A DNA stretch of 64,000 bases from Eledone cirrhosa (Eukaryota), in NCBI GenBank assembly GCA_964016885.1, contig OZ024747.1, forward strand, positions 32,550,001 through 32,614,000, in the 5' to 3' direction. The number at the start of each line of letters is the position of its first letter. The first letter of the stretch is position 1. Shown here piece after piece: positions 12,630 through 24,261 of the stretch. A program made the position numbers and the translations under genes. The notes beneath the pieces are model-generated. The model ran no database searches and was not told the DNA's origin. It saw only the letters and a program-made list of their open reading frames with translations.

Positions 12630-12786
12630 ATAAAAAGCATCCAGTCCACATTGGTTAGTGTTAGGAAGGGCATCCAGCCATAGAAACCAAGCCAAAATAC
12701 AGATCTGTATTAGCATGATGTGGTCTCTGGACAACCCATGCAAGCAGGGAAAATGGATATTAAACGATTTTGATGATGATGATAAG
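12630..12786 (+). mobile_element. SINE-like repeat (family B) ending in a (GAT)n tail
   Basis: aaaaagcatccagtccaca...gtgttaggaagggcatccagccatagaaacc...acccatgcaagcagggaaaatggatattaaacgat..gatgatgat. The same tail occurs at 13770-13822 and 15640-15685. Confidence 0.65.
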
Positions 12787-13964
12787 ATTAAGATGAAAAC
12801 CTTATTATACATTTACAATTCATCAATGATTGCATGCTAAAAAAAAAAATGAAAAAATGAAAATTAAATAGGAAAATTAAGGTCATGGCAGATTCTACAC
12901 CCCAGTTTAAATTGTATAATTCTATGGTTCTGAGATTTAGACTCCCAACTACAAAATTGTTCTTCAAACATTTCTTCAAAATGGAAAACATACCTGTTGG
13001 TTAGTAAGAATGTTACACACTTACTATGAGGAATTGTTGTTAGTATGGATGTATGTTTGATTAAACTATTGTTATTTTGGAGGATGTTCATGTTGCCAAT
13101 AAAAGGAAAGACACATATCATATGATTTTCACTTTATCTTTATTACTAGCTCATCAAAATTATTTCATCACATTCTGTGACCTTTTTAATTGACTATCTG
13201 TTCTCTTTTGTGCCTCCTGTTCTTTCTGATCTTAATCTGTTACTCCATCTTGTCTTTTGTTTTGTGCACAAAACTTTAACAAACTAACGAATAACTAGTA
13301 AAAGAGATAAAGTGAAAAAGTGAACATCATATGGTGCATGCTTTTCTTTTTATTGACAATACCAGCAACATCACAATCCCTTCATATAAAAATATCAGTT
13401 TCAACACACGATTTCACATAAAAAATCTTGCTAAACAAATGCATAAACATTTGATTAAATTGTTATTAGTTAAAACACATGTGTACTTATAATGCTAACT
13501 GAGTTTTATATCTCCAAAAAGTGTTACCAGTCAAAATAAAACTTCACTTTATTAATTGGTAGATAAAGCAATGGAAATATGACTTAATGACATAAAAAAA
13601 AAATTTTTTAATGTAGAAATAATTATTTAATTAGAAAAATTGATTTCATTTGTTTTGTGTATATTGTGATTGATTTTAATTTGTAATTGAAAATGTGTAG
13701 ATCATGAAATCCAAAGAATAAAAGAAATGCATATTAACAATGGAGAGGATGTGTTGGAAAATATCTGTCCAACCCACGCAATCATGGGGAAATGGACATA
13801 AAAGGATGATGATGATGATGATTCTCACAGACTATTAGACAAGGTAGAAATGAATATGAGCACATATTCAATAAGTTAACTACATCAGATGTACATCTAT
13901 TAAGAATCCACAAAGTGTTTTAGATAAAACAAATGCATACCAACATTGTATGTATGTTCTTCTG

Positions 13965-15305
13965 GTTTTATAATTTCAAAAATGTTTCCCAATAGAGAGA
14001 AAGTCGGTTTCTAACATAGACACAAGACTCTCTCATTGGAATTTACACATCAACTAGGTAGATTATGTATGCATGCCTGGATGTTATTGTATGTGTGGAT
14101 GTGTATGTTTTGAGTTGTATGTGTGCATGTGTATATGCTTTGTATCTGTATATGTGTATATGCAGTTATTAGATGCAACATTTTTGGAATGTTTTACATA
14201 TTTTTACTGTTCCATTAATGGATTGTACTTGAAATTTCCTAACTGGTTGTGTTCTTTCTGTTCCTGTGAAGCCTAGCTTCTCAAGATTTGTATTGAGGGA
14301 GTTACTAACATACCCCAGTGCCCCAATAATCACAGGCATAAATCTGAAGGTGTAATCAGGGTGGAGTATCTGCAGATTTCTCATCAGTTCTGCATAAATA
14401 TTCTCCTTTTTGCTAATCTTTGATATTATATTGGCATCTGCTGCGTAGCTAACTTCCACTACTGTGCATGCTTTGTTTTCCCTGTCCCATATCATAATAT
14501 CTGGTCTGTTATGCCTGCATTTTATTGGAGGTTTTACTGGAACATTCCACCAGTACTCTTTCATATTAAGTATATGGATGTCTTCCACATTGCTGTAGCT
14601 TTTAATGTTTATTATCGGGGCTATCTTTTATACGGATTGCATTGTACAGTGTTTTGGCCACTACATCATGCCTCATAGGTAGATAGTACCGCGATGACAT
14701 GGGTCACATCTTCGATGCTAATTCTGCAGAGTCTGCACTTGTTATCACATCTAGGTGTTTTGCCTGCATCCCTATCTCTTTTGTGAATCAGGTATTTCGT
14801 GTTAATTTCCTATTCTTGGATTGCAAAAGCGTATCCTTCAAAGTGGGAGCCAATATAGTGGTTGTTGGTCCAACATAGACTACTTTCCTTATCTATATTA
14901 CTCTCACTCTGGAGCTTCCTGGCAACATATCCAAGCATGATTTTTTGCTGATAAGCATGCAGATTTTCATCCATTGATTCACTGCGATACTGCTGAGTGA
15001 CTTCCCTGGGTGTGAGTTTTTGATTATCACAGGGAATATCTCTCGAGGAGTTCCTTCCCAACTCTCATGATCTTATCTGTTTCATGCAAATAGACTTGCT
15101 AGAGAGACAGGCTCCTACGCTTCGAGGTTCGTAGATGTTGTCAGAGGGATATGATGCAACATTTAAATGCTGTCTGGACTGATGTTAGGCCCCTGCCTCC
15201 CTGCTTACGTTTCAAGTAAAGGCGGTCTTGTCACTGTTGATGTGGAAGTTTCCGGTTTTGTTTAGTATTTTTCGAGTTCTAACATCAACTGCTCGTATTT
15301 CGTCT
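13965..15305 (-). pseudogene. Decayed 3' part of a restriction-like-endonuclease non-LTR retrotransposon (R4/Dong-like)
   Basis: The minus strand gives RAVDVRTRKILNKTGNFHINS..RLYLKRKQGGRGL, HFEGYAFAIQE, zinc knuckle CRLCRISIEDVTH, YLPMRHDVVAK and EYWWN..RHNRPDIMIWD..VVEVS...KENIY...PVIIGALG (PD-(D/E)xK-type endonuclease). It has stops and frameshifts; the 3' UTR boundary is approximate. Confidence 0.88.
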
Positions 15306-15315
15306 GTATTTGATC

Positions 15316-15556
15316 CTCTACCGATACTGCCAATCCACTGCCTTATCTAGTAATCTAATAATAATAATTGTTTCTACTTTTGGCACAAGGCCAGCAATCA
15401 CCCAGTGCATTACTGGTACTTTATTTTATCAACCCCGTAAGGATGAAAGGCAAAGTTAACCTTGGCGGGATTTGAACTCAGAATGTCAAGGGCCGTAACT
15501 CTATGCGTCAAAGCATGGTGTCCGACCCTCTACCGATACTGCCAATCCACCACCCT
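15316..15556 (-). mobile_element. tRNA-derived SINE (family A), full copy plus head of a second tandem copy
   Basis: Reverse complement of the 6989-7190 copy; cctctaccgatactgccaatccac occurs at 15316-15339 and again near 15527-15550. Confidence 0.85.
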
Positions 15557-16322
15557 AATCTAATAATAATAATAATATTCGATTCATTTGCAAGACACGG
15601 TCACCTGATCTGTCATATCTCACAACAGGGCAACTCGTCTAACCCATGCAGGCATGGAACAATGGATGTAAAATGATGACGATTATATATATATATATGT
15701 GTGTGTCTATGTGTGTGTATATATATATATATGTGTGTGTGTGTGTATGTGTGTGTATATATACATATACAAGCATACATCAATTCCTTTTATTTACATA
15801 CAGACAACAAATGTAAATAATTATGTTTAATCTTACTCGCACGTTCAAATATGTATTTGCATATATTAGGTACATACATGTCCATTTACATAATTACAAT
15901 ACAATTCATTAATAAAGCTGAATAAGTAAGAGGAGAATCTGTTAGGGAATTAAATAATGCATCGTCTAATTAGTAAACTAACTACATGTATTGGAGTTGT
16001 CATGCTAAGAGATGGATAATTGACCTTCTAGTCACATTTATATGCATATATTATTTGTCAGAGGTGAGAACAACTGATGACAATGTGAAGATAAATAACC
16101 AGAGAGGTCAGGGACTGTAGGCATTTGTTTATAGATAAGACATTTAACTCTCAATCTGCTGGTTTCCTGGTTTCTTTATCTGTAAACAGTTATCCACAAA
16201 ATGGTATATATTTGCTCTCATAATCATTAGGATCAATACAAATTATAGGAATGTTTCATTAAGTCCTCCTCCTCCTCCTCCTCTTACTGAGACATTCTAA
16301 CCCTATGCCCATAATAGCAGAG

Positions 16323-16808
16323 CTGTGATCTCACTACTGTGATCTTACTACTCAGCTGTGATCTCACTACTGTGATCTCACTACTGTGATCTCACTACTC
16401 AGCTGTGATCTCACTACTCAGCTGTGATCTCACTACTGTGATCTCACTACTGTGATCTCACTACTGTGATCTCACTACTCAGCTGTGATCTCACTACTCA
16501 GCTGTGATCTCACTACTCAGCTGTGATCTCACTACTGTGATCTCACTACTCAGCTGTGATCTCACTACTGTGATCTCACTACTCAGCTGTGATCTCACTA
16601 CTCAGCTGTGATCTCACTACTGTGATCTCACTACTGTGATCTCACTACTGTGATCTCACTACTGTGATCTCACTACTCAGCTGTGATCTCACTACTCAGC
16701 TGTGATCTCACTACTCAGCTGTGATCTCACTACTGTGATCTCACTACTGTGATCTCACTATTCAGCTGTGATCTCACTACTGTGATCTCACTACTGTGAT
16801 CTACTACC
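16323..16808. repeat. Minisatellite of mixed 14-bp (CTGTGATCTCACTA) and 19-bp (+CTCAG) units
   Basis: About 30 near-identical units of two lengths in irregular order. Confidence 0.97.
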
Positions 16809-18629
16809 TGGAGCAGCTCTCTGATCTCTCAGCTATGCACTCTATTAAGTTGCATTTCCAATTCTCATGTAGGTTTCACTGGAAGAAATATTGGATTTCC
16901 ATTGGTTTTATATTTAGGCATGAGTATAGGAGCAATTTCGGCAGTTTGTTTAACTCCCAACATCCTGTAATGCATCAAACCACATTAGCAAGAGATTCTT
17001 GAAAAGTACAAAACCGTACTATTTCTGCATCACATTAAACCTCATAAGAATTGCCTTTGTTTCTAAATCGATTGAGGTTAACAAAACAGGCACCAATAAT
17101 ATTCATAATGAGATTAATTCAACAAACACTACACCTCCCTTTAAAAACTGATTTCGTGTAATGCCAACAGAATTTAGCCTGTTTTCCTTTTTTTTTCTAT
17201 GATATTCTGCTAAGTTCCATTTTGTAAGAACTTGCTAACTATAAGTCGACTCCCCACCCTTGTTTTCAATGAAGACTTAGGTGTCTTGATCATGTTGTAG
17301 ATATCTGTTTAATGTTGCAGCATTTATTGTTTAATGTTGTAGTATCCATTTCAATAATTGAATTTGTATTCTACATTGGTAACACCTCAGGCACAAGTAT
17401 GATTAGCAGTAAAAAAAAATATTGCTTGTATATTGGAAGTTAATTGACTTTAATGCTTTTATATACACATCAATGTCAGAACACTTGTGTACAACCCTTC
17501 AGTTAATAGAACAACAACAATAACAGTAATATACAATGAATATAGAAGACTTATGTACAGTCCCTTTAGCTAACACGATGACAACAATAACAACAGTAAT
17601 GTACAAAGAATATAGAGGATTATGCCAATCCTAATTGGGTCCCATATCTCTTGGCAAAAAACACAAAGTAGCCCTTTAACATCATCACAGGTTGTAAACT
17701 GACCACCTTTTTGTTTTTTATTGTTTTAATCCAAGAAAGAAAGGATAGTGCCCAGGAACATTTTCGGTGTATCTGAGACAGTAGCTAAGGAATACATCCT
17801 GAAAGTTTGTATCAGATTGGTTCCTTTGGCTGAAACATGGCATGTAGGATATACTTGCAGTTTTATGTGATTCAATCTGTGAGCAGAACTTGAGAGCATG
17901 ACTGTGTGAGAGAGCTTAACATAGTCCATTGGAGAGGTAGTTAGTGTCCATGACGTTTTTCATGCCTTCTGCACCCCTACAATAAAACTGGCAGGAGGAA
18001 GGTATCTTCAAACATGAGGCCTAGTGCCTCATTTATTTATAGATTCCTATATATAGTGGACTCTGTTAAAGAAACTCAAGGACCAGATGCAGGCGTTAAA
18101 GTAGGCAACCAATTATCTCTACCTCCCAAGTTGGCCATAATACAACTTAAATTCAGAATGTAACAATTTAGAATCAACACTGTGAGAAACTCTGAATTGA
18201 GAGGACACAGCTCCGATACTAAGCACATGTGGCCAGAATATTTCAGATATTATAGGCAAAACCAACCAAGAGGAGACCAGCTTAACATCTTAAACTGTTA
18301 CTTAATCATCATCACAGTTGGAACAGCTCAGTCAAGGCTCTCCAAGGGCTAAACAACAATAATAACTACAACTATAACATTTACTCAGGTAGAACAGTCG
18401 ATATCAGAATTTTGTATAGATTGTATTACATCTCTTTTCCTATCACTATATGGAATTCCCATCCTTACTTTCTCTATTTTCTTCTTCCACTCTATCATCT
18501 GTCTACTCGGAAGTTTTTGTTAAAATACTGTGATAGAAGATATTAAGAGAGATGAGACACGCATTCACAAATCTTTACACTATGTTAACAATGTTGTTGC
18601 TTATGTATGTTTAGTGCTACTGCTTAGAT

Positions 18630-18692
18630 CAGAAATGGGGAACCTGTGGCCTTATGGCTGCATGTGGCCTTCGATGCCATTCTGTGTGGCCT
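18630..18692 (+). mobile_element. Possible degenerate hAT/Charlie-type terminal fragment
   Basis: cagaaatggggaacctgtggcc..ggctgcatgtggcc resembles CAGGGGTGGGGAACCTGCGGCCC..GGCCGCATGCGGCC ends (recalled pattern); no partner end was found. Confidence 0.3.
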
Positions 18693-18775
18693 TTTGCAAA
18701 AATCAAAAAATGTCCAACAAGTTTAATTTTTATTAATATGTTTTTGACTATCTCTTATTATTTTAATTTAAACCA

Positions 18776-18988
18776 GGGTGGTGGATTGGCAATATCGGTA
18801 GAGGGTCGGACACCATGCTTTGCAGCATAGAATTATGGTCAGAGTTCAAATCCCGCCAAGGTTATCTTTGCCTTTCATCCTTACAGGGTCGATAAAATAA
18901 AGCACCAGTCATGCACTGGGTTGATTTAATTGGCTTTCCTCTCCCCCAAAATTATTGGCCTTGTGCCTATACTAAAAATCATTATTTT
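18776..18988 (+). mobile_element. tRNA-derived SINE (family A) with target-site duplication
   Basis: gggtggtggattggcaatatcggtagagggtcgg...gagttcaaatcccgcc...gcctttcatcc. The sequence ttattttaatttaaacca occurs on both sides (~18758-18775 and ~18982-18999), consistent with a TSD. Confidence 0.85.
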
Positions 18989-19134
18989 AATTTAAACCAA
19001 TCACTCTTTCAAACCCCTCACACTTAAGTTAGTGGACCATCCAAGATGTGACAGAGGGCAATACCCAAATTTTGATCAGTACCTAATTGTATCAACTTTC
19101 TAAATTCTAAAGCCTGTCATAAACCCAGAGGCTC

Positions 19135-19375
19135 ATCAGGCCAGTACTTATCCCATGAAGTGACTGAGACTACAACACTTCCCTTGGACAGGACACCAGT
19201 CCATGGCAGAGTTAAACCCCCCCCAGCTATTGCAGGTACTCATTTTCATTTGAGTATACTGGAGCAACGTGAAATGAAGTGTTTTGCTCAAGAACAACAC
19301 ACAACCCAGTCCAGGAATTGAACCCACAACATTATGATCCTAAATCCAACACCCTTACCACAAGGCCACACACCT
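19135..19375 (-). mobile_element. tRNA-derived SINE (family C), near full length
   Basis: Reverse strand: tggccttgtggtaagggtg (A box), gggttcaattcc (B box), ttcttgagcaaaacacttcatttcacgttgctccag, then ctgccatggactggtgtcctgtccaaggg. Confidence 0.7.
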
Positions 19376-19510
19376 CCAAATTTGATATTTGAAAATACGA
19401 GAGAACAAAAGGCAGAAAAAAGCAACAACAATTGAAAACTATGGATAACAGTTGAAAAAATGGGTAAATAATCCTTAGTGATAGAAAAACGTGAATAAAG
19501 TTGCTAGTTA

Positions 19511-19707
19511 CAAGGGTTGGCTGAAAAGTTCATAGGCTGATTATGAAGGAGTGATGTTAATGCCGTGAATCTTGCATGCATTAATTTCAACTCTTCTTAT
19601 TAATAACTGCATTGTTTCTTTCCAGGGACTATGTTGAAACATAAACCTCATTTGGTCATTCCATGAGAGTATCTTGGTCAGTCTAAGAACTTTTCAGCTG
19701 ACCCTCG
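19511..19707. mobile_element. Tc1/mariner-type MITE (~197 bp)
   Basis: About 30-bp TIRs: caagggttggctgaaaagttcataggctga versus the reverse complement of the right end, cgagggtcagctgaaaagttcttagactga. TA lies on both sides (19509-10, 19708-09). Confidence 0.85.
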
Positions 19708-19844
19708 TATTTTCTCTATTTGTGACACTCACATTTTCAAATTTAAAACACTCCCAACTCTTTGATAATTCATAAGGTTTATGAACTTTGTGTGAATTCA
19801 AGTCAAAGTTGGACTTAATAAATATGTGGTTCTTATATAAAATT

Positions 19845-20050
19845 ATATTGGAAGATTGGAGACCCAGTGGTAGACCCCAAGCAAGCTGGTTGGATAACAT
19901 CTATGAGCCTCGCTGGTCTCACTTGGAGATCCAGCTGGATCAGTTAGAGATGGTTGCTTCTGACAGGACCCGCTGGAAGGAGTGTTTCAGGACTCTGCCC
20001 CCCACGACCCTCTCGGGAATAAGTGGGAGAAGAAGAAGAAGAAGAAGAAA
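19845..20050 (+). mobile_element. RTE-type LINE 3' end with (GAA)n tail
   Basis: WRPSGRPQASWLDNI...LEMVASDRTRWK resembles the RTE C-terminus (RPxGRPxxRWxD...AxDRxxW) and is followed by (AGA)n. Confidence 0.65.
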
Positions 20051-20267
20051 ATGATTTAAATAGAAGCTCTTTAAAATGGGTGCTTTTGTTTCATAGAACC
20101 AGAAGCAGCTTTGAGCAGGTGGATATCAAACCTACTGCTTCTGTTGGTAATAGCTCACACTTGTGTAGGTTTAGCTGGATTTTCATAAGTTTGCCTCTCA
20201 TAGGGGACTAGTTCGGTGTTTTACTAATAAACCTCTTCCCCTCCCTGCCCACCAATGTAACAGGAAA

Positions 20268-20477
20268 TGGGATTTAAACTCAGAACATATGGAAACAGAA
20301 CAGGTATTACAAGGTATCATGCTCTGCACTCTAACAATTCTGTCAATCCACTGCCCTGAAAAGTTGAAAGCCAAAGTTAAACTGAACAGGATTTGAACTC
20401 ATAGTGCAGATAGCAGGAGCAAGTTTTGTGAGGCATTTAATCCGATGTTTTACCAATTCTGCCAATTCAACACCTTA
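20268..20477 (-). mobile_element. Two diverged tandem SINE (family A) heads
   Basis: ggatttaaactcagaa...ctgtcaatccactgcc and ggatttgaactca...ctgccaattcaacacc match the reverse complement of the family A head. Confidence 0.55.
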
Positions 20478-20529
20478 GCTACTTAATAGTGGAGAACACA
20501 GCAGAGACTACTGCAAAAAGATGCACACA

Positions 20530-21008
20530 TGAATATACAATATACAAGCATCAACACAGACATATACAACATATTTATGCAGATACATATTAACACATTC
20601 ATCACATATTTACACAGATACATGCTCACACATGCATGACATATTTTCACAGACACATACTCAACAGATTTACACAGATACATACTCACACATACGCACA
20701 ACATATCTGCACACACACTCACACATACACAACGTATTTACACAGATCCACACACATACACTAACAAATACTGACATACACAACCAACATATTAGCATAG
20801 ATACATACTCACAAATAGACAATAAAATTACACAGATACACACACATATATGCACAACATATTTGCCGATACATACTCACACATACACAATATAATTACA
20901 TACACATAAACACACACACAATATAATTACATAGACATAAACACACACACATGCACAACATATTTACACAGATACATTTACACACAAATTTGCATGTATA
21001 CATGCACA
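20530..21008. repeat. Degenerate CA-rich low-complexity repeat
   Basis: Recurrent catatttacacagatacatactcacac-like units. Confidence 0.8.
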
Positions 21009-21762
21009 TTTTCTCTTTTTCTCCTTTCTTGCCTTTCTCTTTCCCCCATGGGTTTTTCAGCAAGTGGTATAGCTGCTGTTATAGAAATCTAGTTTGTTTA
21101 GTGTAAATCTTCAGTAAATATATGTTGATAGAATTCCATTTTACAGTGATTCACTATCTCCTCCAAGAAATCTCTTATATTTTCTTTGAATTGTTTTTTG
21201 TCGTGTATACAACTACCATTTTTAATGGTTGTGGTGGTGCTTTTCCTGAAGTGGTGGTAGTAATAGTTTTTTGTTGTAATGGTGGTGTTGGTGGTGGTAT
21301 TTTACTTGATGTTTAGTGGCAGTGGTTTTTTTTTAGTAGTGTAGGAGGTAGTGATGGCGGTGGGATTTTGTTTTTGTTGCAGTAGTAGTGTTGGTGTTTT
21401 TGTAGTAGTGGTGGTAGTGTGTTTTGTAGCTGTGGTGGGGTTAGTGGTGGAGGTGAGGCAGCGTAGAAAGAAGAGTGCAGGTTCCATTGTACTTAATGAA
21501 CCACATTCTACTGGTATCTCCAGACTTCTACAAGTTGTCTTTCTTTAAGATGGAGGATATAGCTTGTAGCAGTCATGTTGAGTGTACTTTCACCACAATA
21601 ATATATATATATATATATATTTATTTAGGTTTGAAGGTTCACCACTGGATAGAGCTGGTCATTCCGTATGGTCAATCTTGATGTAATAATATGGAGAGTA
21701 CTCAACGTAAAGCAGCTCAACCGTCTTCGTTTGCGTAGTTGGTGGTGCAAGTACGGAGTTAA

Positions 21763-22038
21763 ATATTATAATAAAATAACAGGAGGCTGGACTTGTGTAA
21801 ATCCTTGAAAGTTTTATTATACTATGATCATTTCAATGAACGGGTTCCGTATGAATCCGGTGATATCATCAGGTATTTGAAATATAATAAATGAATGTAA
21901 CACATAAATCTTACATTCATTTATTATATTTCGAATACCTGATGATATCACCGGATTCATACGGAACCCGTTCATTGAAATGATCATAGTATAATAAAAC
22001 TTTCAAGGATTTACACAAGTCCAGCCTCCTGTTATTTT

Positions 22039-22048
<10 letters not shown>
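21763..22048. repeat. Near-perfect palindrome: 138-bp arms, 10-nt spacer
   Basis: 21763-21900 is the reverse complement of 21911-22048; one mismatch was seen (tttGaaat versus atttcGaa). The spacer is cacataaatc. Confidence 0.97.
21921..21997 (+). ncRNA. Hammerhead-like motif in the palindrome arm (mirror copy on - strand at 21814-21890)
   Basis: ATAC-CTGATGA (21939-45), hairpin cggattc/gaacccg, GAAA (21977-80), palindromic TGATCA, then TA-GTAT, with distal ttatta/taataa pairing. The base of stem II is poorly paired. Confidence 0.55.
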
Positions 22049-22105
<57 letters not shown>

Positions 22106-22256
22106 ACAGGTTCTACATTGTTCTACAGGTTGTCTTAAAGAAAGACAACCTGTAGAAGTCTGGAGATACGATTGTAATATGTCTAATAAATCTTAATTGG
22201 TCGCACCACTGATTCTCTGTTTCTTATGTGATATATATATATATATATATATATAT

Positions 22257-23923
22257 CAAGAAATGGCAACCATCAACCACATAGACATAACGGAGGAGGA
22301 TGTGGTGTACGCCATTGATGAAATTAGAACAGACACGGCTGCTGGACCTGATGGATTCCCAGCAGTTCTCTTAAAAATATGTAAGCGGGCCTTAGCAACT
22401 CCACTGAAGATGCTCTTCAGAAGCTCCTTGGCTAGCGGTGTACTACACAGGGAGCTGAAGGAAGGCACAATATGCCCTATCCATAAAGGAGGTAGTAGAG
22501 CGGAGGCCAAGAACTATAGGCCAGTCTCCCTGACGTCGCATATCAGTAAGGTCATGGAGCGAGTCGTCAGAAAGAAACTAATCACTTTCCTCGAAGAAAA
22601 TGACCGCCTGACTAGCATGCAACATGGCTTCCGCCCAGGAAGAAGCTGCCTTACACAGCTGCTACATCACTACGACTGGGTACTGAGACAACTACTAGAC
22701 AGCTCACATGTGGACGTGATATATCTTGACTTTGCGAAGGCCTTTGACAAGGTCGACCACGGAATGATATGTCACAAACTACACGGACTCGGCATAACTG
22801 GAAAAGTAGGTGAGTGGCTGCATGGCTTCCTAAGGGACAGAAGCCAGGCAGACGCAGCAAATGGGGCCCTCTCGAGGGAAACACCGATAACAAGTGGGGT
22901 GCCCCAGGGGACAGTCCTGGGACCACTACTGTTTTTGGTGGCTCTCTCGGACATGCCCTCTGTGGTGCATGCAACAACATCCCTCACTAGCTATGCTGAT
23001 GACACTAAGGTAGCACAGGCAATCAAAAACCCGGCTGACGCTGCCCTTTTACAGCAGGATCTGGATGCCATATACAGATGGGCGGAAGAAAACAACATGC
23101 AGTTTATTGCTGGCAAATTCCAAGCCCTACAATACAAACCTGCAAACACAAATATAGTGGAACACAGCTACACAGGACCAGGAGGGACCGATATCCCCGT
23201 GTCAAAATCGATACGAGACCTGGGCATAGACATAAGCGATGATGCATCTTTTTCTTCACACATCATGAAAGTGGCGACAATGTGCAGACGTCTCGCTGGC
23301 TGGATCTTGAGGACTTTCCGGACAAGAGATCGAGACACCATGTTGACACTGTGGAGGACTTTTGTCCTAACCACGGAGCTTGAGGCAATCCAGCGAAGCT
23401 ACACCAAGAGGATTGCCAAGATGAGGGAGACAAGCTACTGGGAGAGGCTAAAGGAACTGAACCTCTACTCCTTGGAGCGAAGACCGGAGAGATACGCAGT
23501 GATCTACATGTGGAAAATCCTGGAGGGACTAGCACCAAACTTTGGCATTGGGAGCTGGACCAACCGTCGAATGGGACGTCATTGTGTGGTGCCAAAGGTC
23601 CCGTCTTCCACATCTAGAATAAGGAGCAGGTATTGCAATAGCCTGGGATTCAAGGGCCCTCAACTCTTCAACAGGCTGCCGAGGCATCTGAGAGACTTGC
23701 ATGACATGGAGGTGGATGTCTTTAAGAAACATCTCGACACCTTGTTATCCAGGAACCCGGATGAGCCCACAGCAAGACACGAGGGAAACCAAAGGGCGGC
23801 AGCAACAAACTCCCTCTTACACCAGTGGCCAACCTATACAGGCTGGAGATAAAATGTGTAGCAACAATGGCGGTGCCCCAGCATGGCCTCAGCCGGATGG
23901 CTGAAACAGGTAAAAGAGTAAAA

Positions 23924-23925
<2 letters not shown>
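22257..23925 (+). mobile_element. Young 5'-truncated CR1/L2-group LINE inserted in a (TA)n microsatellite
   Basis: Much more GC-rich than the flanks, with (TA)n on both sides. The 3' UTR has a hairpin tcagcc-ggat-ggctga (23889-23904) and a (GTAAAAGA)2 tail (23910-23925). Confidence 0.92.
22263..23852 (+). CDS. Non-LTR retrotransposon reverse transcriptase, N-terminally truncated (no endonuclease domain)
   Basis: Open frame with AAGPDGF, PIHKGG..NYRPVSLTSHISKVME, QHGFRPGRSCLTQL, YLDFAKAFDKVDH, SGVPQGTVLGPLLF, YADDTK and IRDLGI. It probably has an in-frame deletion at TFVL^TTELE, where the usual LDYCSxxWSP is absent. Confidence 0.9.
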   Translation: MATINHIDITEEDVVYAIDEIRTDTAAGPDGFPAVLLKICKRALATPLKMLFRSSLASGVLHRELKEGTICPIHKGGSRAEAKNYRPVSLTSHISKVMERVVRKKLITFLEENDRLTSMQHGFRPGRSCLTQLLHHYDWVLRQLLDSSHVDVIYLDFAKAFDKVDHGMICHKLHGLGITGKVGEWLHGFLRDRSQADAANGALSRETPITSGVPQGTVLGPLLFLVALSDMPSVVHATTSLTSYADDTKVAQAIKNPADAALLQQDLDAIYRWAEENNMQFIAGKFQALQYKPANTNIVEHSYTGPGGTDIPVSKSIRDLGIDISDDASFSSHIMKVATMCRRLAGWILRTFRTRDRDTMLTLWRTFVLTTELEAIQRSYTKRIAKMRETSYWERLKELNLYSLERRPERYAVIYMWKILEGLAPNFGIGSWTNRRMGRHCVVPKVPSSTSRIRSRYCNSLGFKGPQLFNRLPRHLRDLHDMEVDVFKKHLDTLLSRNPDEPTARHEGNQRAAATNSLLHQWPTYTGWR

Positions 23926-23974
<49 letters not shown>

Positions 23975-24115
23975 TAGAGATAGAAATAAAAAATAACAAA
24001 TTGAAAACAAAAATTGTTTCCAACAATCAAGACATCATCATCGACATCATCACCACAGTCACCATCATCATCATCAATGGCAATGACAGCATTTTCCTCA
24101 TTATTATTACTGTTA

Positions 24116-24236
24116 TTGAGTTCAAATCCCGCTGAGGTTAACTATGCCTTTCATCCTTACGGGGGTCAATAAAATAAAGTACCAGTAATACACTGAGTAA
24201 TTGCTGGCCTTGTGCCAAAAGTAGAAACAATTATTA
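24116..24236 (+). mobile_element. 5'-truncated SINE (family A)
   Basis: gagttcaaatcccgctgaggttaac..gcctttcatccttacggggg..gtaccagt..gtagaaacaattatt. Confidence 0.85.
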
Positions 24237-24261
24237 CTGTTATTGTAGCAAATAAAGAAAC

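Noticed and set aside
17726-18010. Possible coding remnant on the minus strand
   Set aside because: No motif could be recognised with confidence.
22197-22262. N-terminal extension MVAPLILCFLCDIYIYIY of the RT ORF
   Set aside because: It is read-through of flank and (TA)n; the element begins at ~22257.
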